Origin: Thecamonas trahens ATCC 50062
Lineage: Eukaryota; Protista; Apusomonadida
Direction: 5' to 3'
Length of the DNA: 64,000 nt
NCBI RefSeq assembly: GCF_000142905.1
Contig: NW_013657675.1
Coordinates: forward strand, 496,001-560,000
Positions 43,713 through 55,755 of the stretch are shown here, one piece after another. Position 1 is the stretch's first letter, and each line of letters starts with the position of its first letter. A program made the position numbers and the translations under genes. The notes beneath the pieces were generated by a model. It searched no databases. It had not been told where the DNA came from and worked only from the letters and a program-made list of their open reading frames with translations.

Positions 43713-44937
43713 TCAGCTCTGGCCTTGGCCTCGGCCTCGGCCTGGCCCTGGCCTCGGCCTTGGCCTTGGCCTTGGCTTTCTTGCGTCGCTGCTTGCGACG
43801 ATGGTGCGAGAGAGTCGCTGCGGGGTTGATCTAGGAGTGATCAAGGCAGCGATTACATCGGCGTCGACGGGCTCAGTGCCCGTGGCGTCAACGGGGGATG
43901 CGGGAGCAGGCGGTTTGGCGCGCTTGGTGTCTCGCGCATCGCCGTCGCCGCAGGCGCGAGCATCGGCATCAAAGTCGGGAGCCAGCGACCGCTTGCGCGG
44001 GCCTTTTGTAGCCTGCTGGGCCTGCGGCGGGGCGGAGTCCATGGCAGGCAGGGTGCCTTCCGAGACGAGGGCAGCCAGCTCGTGGAGCGGCGAGACGAGA
44101 GCGTCGGAGAACGGCGTGCAGAAGCGGTCGCACATGTCAGCCAGATCTTCAGGTGAGTGGTCCTCAAGGTAGGCTTGCCACCGCTGCGTGTTGGCGGTGA
44201 GAGCATAGAGCGAAATGAGCTCGGACGAGAGCGCCGCCCTGGCCTCCATCAGCGTCCGGGCCTGGTCGGGATCCTGTAGTGAGCGCTGAGAGTGCGGAAG
44301 GGCAGTGATGGCGTGGACGTACGCTACATAGCGCGAAAGTGCAGTCGATGGCGTTGCGGTCGATGAAAGCGCTCTGCCGGCTACCTGTTGTGGTGGGCCG
44401 GGAGTCCGCCGATCGCGGCCTGCGAGCAGCGCTGGCGATGACGACGCCGAGGGTGACCGCCCAACACTTCCGCCAATCGGCCGGATCGGAGGCGGAGCCT
44501 GCGGCGGCTCAACACCGGCCTTGGATGCCGCCAGCCAGCTCACCGCCATGATCCGCTTAAACTCTGAGGCGATGGCTTCGTACACCGAGCCGGCAGCTAG
44601 TTGGTCGTCGGAGAGCCTCGCTCCAAACAGCACGTACAGCAGCTCGACGAGGTCGTGGTAGCTCTCTGGAGACCGAAGGCGATTGAAAAACGAAGCATAC
44701 CCGAGCAGTCCAGGTGAGATACTGCCCAGATCAGCGCCGTGTTCAGTAGCGGCTGAAGATCAGGATGGGGGGGGGTGAGTGCAGGTAGGGGGGGGGGAGG
44801 AAGGGGGATAGCAGCGACGGCGGCGTACCAAAGAGGATGGACGGCTTCCGTGAGACACAGGCCCACTCGGCAATCCACGACATAACCACCTTGCCCAAGC
44901 TTGACGCTTGGGCTCCCTGTGGTGTCTGGAGGGCCAT
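43713..44937 (-). CDS. Uncharacterised protein (intron 44753-44828)
   Basis: A GTACGC..TTCAG intron joins MALQ...PSILF to AATEHG...ESYHDLVELLYVLFGA in the 43713-44633 frame. The start could be 44937 or 44883. Confidence 0.55.
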
Positions 44938-45080
44938 GCAGCAGCGAGAGAAGGGTAAAGCTTTCGTAGAGGTGCCAGTGGCGAGCACAGAGGGAGTGTG
45001 CCTCAAACTGCGACCTTTTTTGGAGAGGAAGCAACAGTGCAAGACTGCGAGACATCAGAGCCAACAACGTGGACATGGGC

Positions 45081-45575
45081 GCAAGGCCAGTCACGATGTG
45101 GTAGGCATGAGTTGGAGTGGGGGGTGGGGGGGTGGGGGGGGTGGGGGGTGGTTTGTCGTCGTGTCGTGTNNNNNNNNNNNNNNNNNNNNNNNNNNNNNNN
45201 NNNNNNNNNNNNNNNNNNNNNNNNNNNNNNNNNNNNNNNNNNNNNNNNNNNNNNNNNNNNNNNNNNNNNNNNNNNNNNNNNNNNNNNNNNNNNNNNNNNN
45301 NNNNNNNNNNNNNNNNNNNNNNNNNNNNNNNNNNNNNNNNNNNNNNNNNNNNNNNNNNNNNNNNNNNNNNNNNNNNNNNNNNNNNNNNNNNNNNNNNNNN
45401 NNNNNNNNNNNNNNNNNNNNNNNNNNNNNNNNNNNNNNNNNNNNNNNNNNNNNNNNNNNNNNNNNNNNNNNNNNNNNNNNNNNNNNNNNNNNNNNNNNNN
45501 NNNNNNNNNNNNNNNNNNNNCGCAAGGCCAGTCACGATGTGGAAGGCATGAGTTGGAGTGGGGTGGGGGGGGGGG
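45081..45575. other. Assembly gap flanked by a near-identical ~50-bp duplicate (probable unmerged contig overlap)
   Basis: GCAAGGCCAGTCACGATGTGG(T/A)AGGCATGAGTTGGAGTGGGG occurs at 45081 and again at 45522, on either side of the N run. Confidence 0.8.
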
Positions 45576-45578
45576 GTG

Positions 45579-46901
45579 TTATTGGTCCTTGGACTTGGAC
45601 TTCTTCTTGGACTTGGACTTGGACTTGGACTTGGACTTGGACTTGTCCTTGGCCTTGTCCTTGGCCTTGTCCTTGGCCTTGTCCTTGGCCTTGTCCTTGG
45701 CCTTGGCCTTGTCTTCGGCCTTGCCCTTCCCAGACTCGTTAGTCTCGTTTGCGGGTGCGGCTGAGGAGCCGGCATCAGCCGACGCAGCGGCAGCGGCGGC
45801 CTTTGCGGCATGGCGGGCGCGGTGCTTGGCCAGTTGCTTGGCCTTCTTCTTCTTGGCGGCTGCAATCTTGGCGGCTGCGATGTCTTCGGCAGTCTTGGGC
45901 GGGACAAGCGGAGTGTAGCACGGGTTGCAGATGGGCTGGCCGTCCAAGAAGAAGACAATGAGCGAGCCGTTGAGGGCGTTGCACCTGTGGCACTCAAAGG
46001 CAGTGTACTTATCAAGGCGGAGACGCTGGGCGTTGGGGAGGCGGCACGGCAGCACGGCCTTGGTCTCCTCATACTCCTTGGCCTCGTCCAGCGTGAGGCT
46101 GGCCTTCCACCTGTTGATCTTGCCCGCAGCGATGGAGGCCTCCAGCTTTGCGATCTTCTTCCGCAGCTGGCTCGCCTTGCGGGCCTCTTTGCGGCGGCGG
46201 TTCTTCTCGGCAAGGACAGCCTTGCCGTCCTCAGTAGCGAGGAGGGCGGCCTTCTTGGCATTGCGGCGTTGCTTCTGGCGCTCGCGGCGGGCGCGCTTAC
46301 GGGCGCGGCGCTCGCGCGACTCGTCCGACAGCTCGTCCGAGTTGGTTCCCTCGTCCGAGTCGAGGCCCTTCTCGCGCCGCTTGCGCTTGCGCTCTGACTT
46401 GGCCATAGCGCGGTGGAACTCGGCAAACGGGTTCGGCGGCGGAAGCTCGGGCTCGTCCACAATCGCCATTCGCTCCTCCAGCTCGGCCAGATCGACAGCG
46501 GAGAGCGCGAGGAGCTCCGAGGCGATCTCGCGCGAGCCCAGGTGGTCGATCAGGTCCTGGCACGGGAGCCGGAGCGCGACGGCCATGGCCTCGATCTCGT
46601 CCACTCCCTTGTTCTCCTTCATCACCTTGTCCGAGCCCAGAAGCCGTGCCAGCTCAAAGACCTGCGACGGCATCAGCTCCTCCAGGCTGATGGCAAAGTC
46701 GTCGGCGCCTGCCGGTTCCATCTCACCCGAGCCCGAGTCGTCGGCCCCAGCGTCCGACCCGCAACTCTGAGCCACACTGTCGCTCTCACTCATGGACTCC
46801 GCCTCCTGCTGCATCTTCTTCACACCTCCCTTGCTCTTCTTGCTCTTGGCCTTGCTTCCCTTGACCGGCAGCGATGCCGACGAAGACGACGACGACGACA
46901 T
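45579..46901 (-). CDS. Lys-rich protein with a CxxC-x17-CxxC zinc-finger-like motif
   Basis: 440-aa ORF containing FECHRC...ICNPCY, NLS-like basic stretches and a KDKA/KS repeat tail. Confidence 0.7.
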   Translation of the reverse strand: MSSSSSSSASLPVKGSKAKSKKSKGGVKKMQQEAESMSESDSVAQSCGSDAGADDSGSGEMEPAGADDFAISLEELMPSQVFELARLLGSDKVMKENKGVDEIEAMAVALRLPCQDLIDHLGSREIASELLALSAVDLAELEERMAIVDEPELPPPNPFAEFHRAMAKSERKRKRREKGLDSDEGTNSDELSDESRERRARKRARRERQKQRRNAKKAALLATEDGKAVLAEKNRRRKEARKASQLRKKIAKLEASIAAGKINRWKASLTLDEAKEYEETKAVLPCRLPNAQRLRLDKYTAFECHRCNALNGSLIVFFLDGQPICNPCYTPLVPPKTAEDIAAAKIAAAKKKKAKQLAKHRARHAAKAAAAAASADAGSSAAPANETNESGKGKAEDKAKAKDKAKDKAKDKAKDKAKDKSKSKSKSKSKSKKKSKSKDQ

Positions 46902-47051
46902 GGAGAAAGATGGATGGATTGGTCAACTTTCGAGGCCGCGGGCTCGTCGGCGAGTCGACCGGCCGGCCGTTGGCCACCTGCCAGGCAACCAGTCGCACCA
47001 CACGACGCTACGCTCATCCACCGTTGCATCGCAACTCTTTCCCTGGCTAAC

Positions 47052-47453
47052 ATGGCGGATGCGCTGACGCCAATCAAGAACGCGTATGCCGCAGGGAAGC
47101 GGAGGTCGGTGTTGGAGGCTCTCTCGCCGGTGCTGGGCAGGAGCCTCGGCTGCGGAACGGGCGCTTGTTGCACTGCGTCCAGGCCGCGGCTCCATCGAGC
47201 TTCTCCGCTAACACCTGGTGCTGCAGGAAGACGACCGACGCTTGCCTCGCCGGTTACGCCAACGTTGCCGCGGAAGAATGCGATAGAGCGTACCATCGAG
47301 TCGCGGCTGCGGGCGGCGCGGGCGGCCGAGCTCACGCCTGCGGCGCAGCGCAAGGCCTTCAAGTGGACGATGGGCATGGAGGTGGCCACGGTCAAGCCGC
47401 CGCAGGCATGGGCTGGGCCTCGGCGGCGGCGGCCGGACGTGCTCTGGCTGTAG
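47052..47453 (+). CDS. Possible small basic protein rich in S/T-P sites
   Basis: 133-aa ATG-started ORF filling the space between two genes. A GCTAAC..TGCAG branch/acceptor at 47207-47226 suggests unresolved splicing. Confidence 0.35.
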   Translation: MADALTPIKNAYAAGKRRSVLEALSPVLGRSLGCGTGACCTASRPRLHRASPLTPGAAGRRPTLASPVTPTLPRKNAIERTIESRLRAARAAELTPAAQRKAFKWTMGMEVATVKPPQAWAGPRRRRPDVLWL

Positions 47454-47473
47454 CGAGTGCAGCGGCGTTTACA

Positions 47474-48184
47474 CTACTCGTCGTCCGGAGGTGGCTCGTC
47501 GTTGATGATCTCCAGCAGGGTGAGCTTGAGCTCTGTGGCCTCATCCCCGACGAGCGGGTCGTGGACGACCTCGACGTCGACCCGCATCTGGACCATCTCC
47601 AGCGCGCCCTTGAGGACGCCGACGAGGATGTTCGAGTATTGCAGGACGCCCTTGGCCTCATCGGGAAGCTCGACAAAGTCGAGCAGCGGGTTGGAGGCGA
47701 GGGTGATGTGGCAGACGTGTGGCTCCTTAGCCGACTGGCTCACGGTGCCTGTCACTCCGAGGAACATGCGGAAGCCGACGAGGGCAATGACCTCGCAGGT
47801 CTCTGCAAAGTCGCCGCACTTGCTCACCCGTGACTTGGCCAGGAACTCCTCGATCAGCCGCTGGCCGATGTTGTTCCCCATCCGCTCCAGCTGGTTGTTG
47901 ACCTCGGCATAGTCTTCAAAGTCTTCGATCAGCTGCAGGACCAACGATCCGTAGGTGAGGGTAAACAGCTCGGACGACTGTGTGACCATCGCCAGCCGCC
48001 ACCACCGACAGTCCCCGGCCACGAACGATCATCACAGCCCCAGGACCAGATCCAGCGCGCCAACCATGAGTGACCACATTTCTTCCCCTCTCTCCCCTCT
48101 CCCCCTCTCCCTTTGCCGTACCACATGATCCATGCGCTTGAATGCCGAGTCACCAGTCCTCTGCAGCGAGGCCTTGGACGACAT
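47474..48184 (-). CDS. TRAPPC3: TRAPP complex subunit Bet3 (intron 47978-48121)
   Basis: MSSKASLQRTGDSAFKRMDHV|SSELFTLTYG...LERMGNNIGQRLIEEFLAK...NPLLDFVELP...GALEMV. Confidence 0.93.
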
Positions 48185-48913
48185 GCTCGGGCGAGAGACG
48201 GAGACTCACTCCTTTTGCACTTGTGCTTGGGCTAGCTCTCCAGACACGGGGGAGAGAAAGTAGCAGGGAAGAACTCGGTAAGAGGTACTCAGGTACGTCC
48301 TCGGAGCTCGAGTGGAGTGGTCTACGAAGACTGTGCAGCTTGCTACGCCTGCCGCCGTTCCTGACGGTTCACCAGCTCGACCTCTTTGTGTCTCATCACG
48401 ACGGGATCTAGCACTGCTACCTTTGATCTCAACTACAGTACGCCCTAGGGCCAAGCCTGAGATGATGGTCGGCGAGATCGATAGCATGGCGGGTTGAAGC
48501 CCTTACGGGTTGGCTCCTCTCCAGCCGTATCAGGCCAAGCCACATAGATAGCGGGCCGGATGGCCCGAGCAATGGCAAGCACTCGCTGATGCCAGGTATG
48601 CCATCTTGTGGTGCAAGGCCTCAATGGCACCATCGGCACCTACTCTACTGATGGGTGGTGGCATCGTGCGATGCGAAGGTGAGGGGGATCAGGGACTCGG
48701 AGTAGGGAAGCGGGTGGATGTGGGTGGGGAGGGAGGGGAGGGCGTTTGCTCTGTCACGCGTTTCGCCCTTGCGACCACCTCACGCTAGCGCCAACTTGTG
48801 CGGCGAGTAGCCAAAGGGGCAAAGCAGCGGAAAGTAGAAGAGCAAGCATAGTTTAGCCTCTCCCCACACACCACATTCACGTCAGTCTCTCCATCTTCCC
48901 TGGCCTCCACTCC

Positions 48914-50350
48914 ATGTACAAACTCAAGTTGAAGCAGAAGCTCAACCAGGCCCGGTCCCACTCGGAGCTACAGAATGCCATCACCATGGGCAAGGCCGTG
49001 GTCAAGACTCTCAACAAACTAGTTGAGAAGCAGAAACTAGGTATGTGCCACCAATGCCTCCCATCCCTCCCTCCCCCCCCCCCCCCCCCTCTCCCCCCTC
49101 TCCCCCCCTCTCCCTCCCTCTCCTGTCCTCCTCCCGCCCTCCTTCTCCTGCTCCCTTTACCCTTTCAATGCTGTTGTCCGGTTATTGACCGTTCGCCGAG
49201 GGGACAACCGCTGGCAAAATGCTGGACGTAGCGGTGAAAAAAAATACCCGCACGGGGCAGCGACAAGAGATGATGGGTTTGGGCATGGCAGGCACTTTCT
49301 GAGTGATGATAGTTGGTGGAAAGTACTCACTGATGAATGGAATGATGATGGGCAGCACAAACCGCCATCTCGACGTGGGGATCGGAGGAGGAGGACTCGG
49401 ATCTGCAGGTCTTTTTCCGCAAGATCAACGATGTGCAGGACGAGTGGTTTGCCATTCAGGCCGCGTTTGCCGACAAGTACGACCAGTTTGTGATTATGTG
49501 GGAGTCGATTCTCAACGAGGTCAAGTCACTCGACCCGCTCAACAAGAGCGTAGTGGCGGCCGAGTCGCGGCTGGAGAAGAAGCGCAAGGCACTGGAGAAG
49601 GCCAAGGGCAAGCCGGACTTTGAGACCAAGCGGGCACAGCTCGAGGGCGACGTGGATGAGATGGAGGCGCAGCTGGAGCAGGCGCTCCGCGAGCGCGACA
49701 CGCGGTCGGACGAGATCACTGCCTTTAAGAAGGAGCGCTTTGCCGAGGGCTACACCGATCTCTCCAAGGCGCTGCTCATCATGCATGAGCGCGGCTCTCG
49801 GGCCATTGCCGAGCAGATCGACGCTGCCGGCCGCCTAGACGCGCGGTACGCGGCCGAGCGCGGAAACACGGCCGCCAACGTGCCGCAGCTCACCTCGCTC
49901 ACCATTTCGCCGGCTGCTGCTGCGGCCTCGTCGGCCTCGTCGCCGCGGTCGGCCGAGTCGGAGGAGCCGCCGACCCACCTGGCCCAACCGGTCTCGCACC
50001 AGCTGGCCGCCGAGTCGGATACCAACGCGTCGGGCGTCGAGTCGGGCGACGGCGCCATGACCGAGCCGCAGCGCCCGCCGTCGACTGGCATTGCCGCCTC
50101 GGACGGCCCGGTCGTCGAGTCGGATGGCGACGCCGCTGGGGATGACGACGACGACGATGGCATCATTCCTGTCCAGCTCCGCGTCCGCGCCCTCTACGAC
50201 TACGAGGGCGAGGAAGGCGATCTCTCGTTCCGCGCCGGCGACATCATCGACGTCACTGGCAAGGACGAGGACGGCTGGTGGATCGGCATCCAGGACGGCG
50301 TCGAGGGTCTGGTGCCGTCCAACTATGTCGAGGTGCTGGAGGGCGAGTAA
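48914..50350 (+). CDS. BAR-like coiled-coil plus C-terminal SH3 protein (intron 49041-49355)
   Basis: The GTATGT..GCAG intron keeps the frame. Helical N-terminal part with ISTWGSEEEDSDL. SH3 domain ALYDYEG..GDLSFRAGD...GWW..GLVPSNYV. Confidence 0.8.
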
Positions 50351-50375
50351 ACACTGCGGTACCACCGAAGCTCGT

Positions 50376-51740
50376 TTACTGGCCCTGGTCTTGGCTTTGG
50401 CCTTCTCCGCTGCGCGCCTCGATGAGCGCCACGACCTCGCCCCGCGCCCCGAGGTTGGCCACCTTGCCCTGGAACTTGCCGCCCTTGCCGCCGCCGCGGC
50501 CGTCCATCAGGCTCGCGGCCTGCTTCCCGACCGCGTCAACGAGTGACTTGCCCGGCTCGGCAGCGGCAACAAGCGTAAAGATGCCGGCCCCGCTCTCTGA
50601 GCCGCAGGTGACAAATACGACCAGGCCCGGGTGTGTCTCGTGGATGCGGGCAGCGGCCGACTTTGCGAACGCAGCGTCGCCGGCCGGCTGGTGAATGTGA
50701 GCAAGAGGCGAACCAGCAGCGCAGGCGGCGTCACGAGCTACATCGGCTTGCGAGGAGGCCAGCTGCGCCACCAACGCCTTTTGTGTCCGTGCCATTTCCT
50801 TGGCCGCCGACTTGTACGATGCAATGCACTCGAGCCACGCCGCCGAGCCGAGCGCCTTGTTGAGCTGCGACGAGAGGACCACCGCTGAGGCGACCCGGTC
50901 AAGGACCCGCTGGCCAGCGACGTAGCTCAGCTGCATCTTGGTCGGATGCTTCTTTGACCGCGACGGCGGAAGAAGCTTGATGGCCTGCAGCTCAGAGAGG
51001 TTCGTCACATGCGTCCCGCAGCAGGTGTTGAGATCAACGCCGGCAATGGCCACCAGCCGGATGCCCTCGGTGACCGAGTCCGGCAGGCCGCGCGAGCGGA
51101 ACTTGGTTCCGTCAGCCTCGCCGGCAACAACCAGTGCGTCCATGGCCGCACGATCAACTACATGCGAGGTGACCGGCGTCCGCGCTCGGATGAGTGCGTT
51201 GATCCTGGCCTCGAGCGCTGCGACATCGACGTCATCCTCGGCTGCGGTCAGCTCGACGTCGATCGCCGTGGCCTCGGAGCCGAGCTCCCACGACACAGTT
51301 GCCGCCCCAAAGACTTCGGCGGCAACTGCCGAGACCAAGTGTTGCGCCGAGTGTTGCTGCATGTGGTCGATCCGCCGCGCCTCGGCGACCTTGACCACCA
51401 CCGACTCGCCGACCAGGCTCTCCACCGCCAGCCGGTCACATGCCGCCACTCTGTGGTGCACCACTCCAGCGTCTGGCCCGGTCTTGGCCGTTGTCGCGCC
51501 CACCACATCCAGCACCGTCTCCGCAAGACACAGCCGGCCCGTGTCAGCTGGCTGGCCACCGCCCTCGGGAAACACCACCGTCTTGTCGAGCACCACGTCC
51601 CACTCGCCGTCGCCGCCGTCGGCCGCCGCAAGCACCGTCGCCGCCGTCGTCATCAGGTAGGGATCCACAAGATACAGCCGATCAGTCACAGGCAAACTGC
51701 CGAGTCCAGGTCCACTCGCCGCTGCGCAATCCGTAGCCAT
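50376..51740 (-). CDS. AARSD1: AlaX trans-editing protein (alanyl-tRNA editing)
   Basis: FPEGGGQPAD, HMQQHSAQH, CCGTH and a C-terminal GRGGGKGGKFQGK. Confidence 0.88.
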   Translation of the reverse strand: MATDCAAASGPGLGSLPVTDRLYLVDPYLMTTAATVLAAADGGDGEWDVVLDKTVVFPEGGGQPADTGRLCLAETVLDVVGATTAKTGPDAGVVHHRVAACDRLAVESLVGESVVVKVAEARRIDHMQQHSAQHLVSAVAAEVFGAATVSWELGSEATAIDVELTAAEDDVDVAALEARINALIRARTPVTSHVVDRAAMDALVVAGEADGTKFRSRGLPDSVTEGIRLVAIAGVDLNTCCGTHVTNLSELQAIKLLPPSRSKKHPTKMQLSYVAGQRVLDRVASAVVLSSQLNKALGSAAWLECIASYKSAAKEMARTQKALVAQLASSQADVARDAACAAGSPLAHIHQPAGDAAFAKSAAARIHETHPGLVVFVTCGSESGAGIFTLVAAAEPGKSLVDAVGKQAASLMDGRGGGKGGKFQGKVANLGARGEVVALIEARSGEGQSQDQGQ

Positions 51741-52058
51741 GGTGAGGTAGATGATCAAAGAGCCTCGCTGTCTGGGAAAGTGTGCTGTTGGTGGTAACAA
51801 ACACGAGCTAAGTGACACCAAATGAGGGCAGGTCGGCAATCGGCCAAAGAAGCTGGGCTTGGTTTGGGGGGAGGGGGGCGGAGGGGGTTCGCCTGGTTGG
51901 GGTGGAGAGACAGAGCGAATCGCCCAAACGGGGGGCAGTGTCGGAGCATTGAAAACAAAGCAATGAGAACAGCAAAATACAACCAATTGGCAAAGCAAAG
52001 GAGCCAGTTTGCCCCCCACCCCCCCTCTCCCCCTCCCCCCCCCCCACCGACCGACTAG

Positions 52059-53152
<1,094 letters not shown>

Positions 53153-53370
53153 ATTGCCTGTGACCCCTGTCGCACTTGTTGAACGCATCAAAGTCTTCCT
53201 CGATAAGAGGGGAGGGGGGAGGGAAGGGGGCTAGTTTGATGTGTCGGTGAGTATCAGGATTGGTGAGCGCGGGGATGCATGCCGAAGATTAGTGATTGGA
53301 GACCGTAGAGGACATTGAGCGCGACGGGCGATGGGCGCGATGGGTTGGCGTTTACGTTGTTGACAACTTG

Positions 53371-55488
53371 CTACTGAAAGAGATCGTCGAGAAAGTCAAA
53401 GCCAGCCTCGTTGCCTTCTCCTGTCGTCGGCCCGGCATCGTCGCCGCCTTCTGTCGCCGGCCCGGCATCGTCGCCGACTTCTGTCGCCGGCCTCGCCTCG
53501 GAAGCCGCGGCAGATCCTGTAGCCAGCGATTTGGACCGCTTGGGCGCCGAGTGGCCGGCCGAGGCCGAATCGTCACGCTTGCGCTTGAGACTTGCCGGCT
53601 CGGAGCTGGCGTCCGACGAGGCACCGTCCTCATCGCCGTTGTTGTTGTCGTCATCGGTGGTTGTGCTCTCGTCGTCGTCGTCGCTGAGGTCATCGAGGTC
53701 TTGCTGCAGGGCCTGCAGATCCTCTGCCGTCAAGCCAGGCGTGTCCGACTCCGAGTCCGGCGGCGGCTCGCGGCGGTTAGCCTCGGTAACGAGGGTGGGG
53801 ATGGTGCCAAGAGGGTAGTGCGACTCGTTCTGGCGGCAATAGTACTTGACTGAGGAGCGGAGCCAGTCGAGATGGACGATGTATTTGCCAACCATTGACT
53901 GGGCCTTGAGGACCTTGGAGGTGGGCCGGGCAGCAACAACGTGAGTGACATCGTTGGTGACGTCGAGATGGATGCGGGCGCCAAACTCGGCCGCGAGGGC
54001 AACCATCGGATGCTCGTCGTACTTTTCGTGCGCCGGAATGACGCCGGAGAAGCAGATACGAACGCCGTCAAGGACTGCGAGCTTGAGATTGGGAAGGATG
54101 ATTTTGGCGTCAGGGGTGGCGTCGTCAGCGCCAGCCTCTGCGCGGGCGTGTTCGATGAAGAACCTGCGGTGGGCCTCGGAGAGAACCTTCTGTATGTTCT
54201 CAAGCTGACGGAGGTCATGGCGGAGCTTGCGGACCGACGGGGCTTGCTGCGCGGGGATGCCCGGCAGCGGGCGGAAGACAAAGCGCTCCAGCTCGCCCTT
54301 GGGCGGCGTGGCCATCTCGATGCCGAGCGGGGCGAGGACGGCGACCGAGGCCGCGGCTGCTTGGGCGGCCTTGGCGTCGCGCGAGGCCTTGGCCTCGGCC
54401 GCCGTCGGTGCTGATGGCCCAGCGCCCGACTCGTTGGCAAGCACCGTGGTGTTGGCAAAGTTGTTGACGCCAGCCATGTACACAAAGTACCGGTACGGCG
54501 CAACCTGGAGCAGGTTGGCAGCATTGGCGGCCCAAACCGCCGGTGAGTCGTCCAGAATAAGAACCAGCGAGTCGCCAAACGGAAACAGGCGCGAGAGCGA
54601 CTTGAAGATCTGGTTGTCCTCCTTGAACGAATCGTCAAGGTCGTCGCGCGAAACGATGCGCGACGAAAAGAGCGTCTGGTCCGGGTCCAGAATGTTGGCG
54701 ATGCGCTCGGCGTACGGCCTGTTGCCGGCAGTGAAGATGTGAAGCTCAAAGAGCTCGTTCATGTCGCGGAGAAACTTGAGGAGGCCCGGCCGAAGCTTGA
54801 CAAAGTAGTTGGCCGCGCCGCCCATCTGGAACCGCAGCACAACGTTGGGCGCGTCGATGGGCGGCAGGTCAGCCAGCGCTCCCTTGTCGCACTCAGGCGC
54901 AGACATGGCCTCAAAGTCCAGCACCACAGTACCCGCAATGGCAGCAGCGCGATCATCAGTGGTAGCGTGGACAAGGGTGAGGTCGAGGTCGAGAACAAGA
55001 ACCATTTTGCGAGCGGCGATGAGCCGAGCCTCCTGCCGGACAGCCATGGCCTTGGCCACACCCTGCGAGACCACCAGATCCTTGGCATCATGAGTGACCG
55101 ACATCATGCTTGACGGTGGGTCGGCTCCGTCGTCGTCGTCGTCGACCATGACGTCATCAGGCATGTGATAGCGGGCAGAGAGAGCAGCGAGCGAGCTCAT
55201 GTCGACGCCGCAGACAGCACAGAGGCCATGAAACTGAATAGCGTGCGCACAGACAGCGAGAGTAGCCACAGCAGAGCCCTTTGACAACACGGATGACGGA
55301 GCCGTGACGTCGAAGGAGAGCAACTTGCCAGAAGCATGCGCATAGACAGGAAAGGTGGAGCCATTGGAGGCGAGGACCATAGTGGCCACTGGCTGTCCCC
55401 GTACCACAAGCTCCCCCACAAGCTCCTCTGCCAGGGTGACCACACGACCAGCAGACGGCACCACAATGCCTTCTTCTTCTACGCTCAT
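53371..55488 (-). CDS. CTDP1: RNA polymerase II CTD phosphatase Fcp1
   Basis: CAH.IQFHGLCAVCG, LVLDLDLTLVH, VKLRPG, a BRCT domain (VTHVVAA...VHLDWL) and an acidic tail. Confidence 0.92.
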   Translation of the reverse strand: MSVEEEGIVVPSAGRVVTLAEELVGELVVRGQPVATMVLASNGSTFPVYAHASGKLLSFDVTAPSSVLSKGSAVATLAVCAHAIQFHGLCAVCGVDMSSLAALSARYHMPDDVMVDDDDDGADPPSSMMSVTHDAKDLVVSQGVAKAMAVRQEARLIAARKMVLVLDLDLTLVHATTDDRAAAIAGTVVLDFEAMSAPECDKGALADLPPIDAPNVVLRFQMGGAANYFVKLRPGLLKFLRDMNELFELHIFTAGNRPYAERIANILDPDQTLFSSRIVSRDDLDDSFKEDNQIFKSLSRLFPFGDSLVLILDDSPAVWAANAANLLQVAPYRYFVYMAGVNNFANTTVLANESGAGPSAPTAAEAKASRDAKAAQAAAASVAVLAPLGIEMATPPKGELERFVFRPLPGIPAQQAPSVRKLRHDLRQLENIQKVLSEAHRRFFIEHARAEAGADDATPDAKIILPNLKLAVLDGVRICFSGVIPAHEKYDEHPMVALAAEFGARIHLDVTNDVTHVVAARPTSKVLKAQSMVGKYIVHLDWLRSSVKYYCRQNESHYPLGTIPTLVTEANRREPPPDSESDTPGLTAEDLQALQQDLDDLSDDDDESTTTDDDNNNGDEDGASSDASSEPASLKRKRDDSASAGHSAPKRSKSLATGSAAASEARPATEVGDDAGPATEGGDDAGPTTGEGNEAGFDFLDDLFQ

Positions 55489-55755
55489 GATGGGATGGTG
55501 AGGGTTGAGGAGGATTCGAGTGGTGTGGTTGGCGGGCGTGGATACGTTGTGGCCAGGGCGAGGTCAGGGAGGGACGGGTAGTTGTAGGGGGGTGGCAAGA
55601 AGTGCCAGTTGGTGTCGCGCTGTCGTGGCGAGTCAATGAGCTACACTGCGGATGACGACAGACGGTAAGTAGTATTTGTTTACCGTCAGAGGCCGGATCG
55701 TCGTCTACTCAACGAGCAAAGGGGCACAAATAGCCTCGTATTGGCATCGGCAGCC

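Noticed and set aside
44597-45076. Apparent frameshift in the 43713-44937 gene
   Set aside because: Explained by a canonical intron at 44753-44828.
45081-45575. Direct repeats flanking an N gap read as LTR or target-site duplication
   Set aside because: They end in poly-G next to a gap, so an unmerged contig overlap is the simpler explanation.
53420-53490. 30-bp tandem repeat in the FCP1 tail
   Set aside because: An ordinary coding repeat in a disordered acidic tail.
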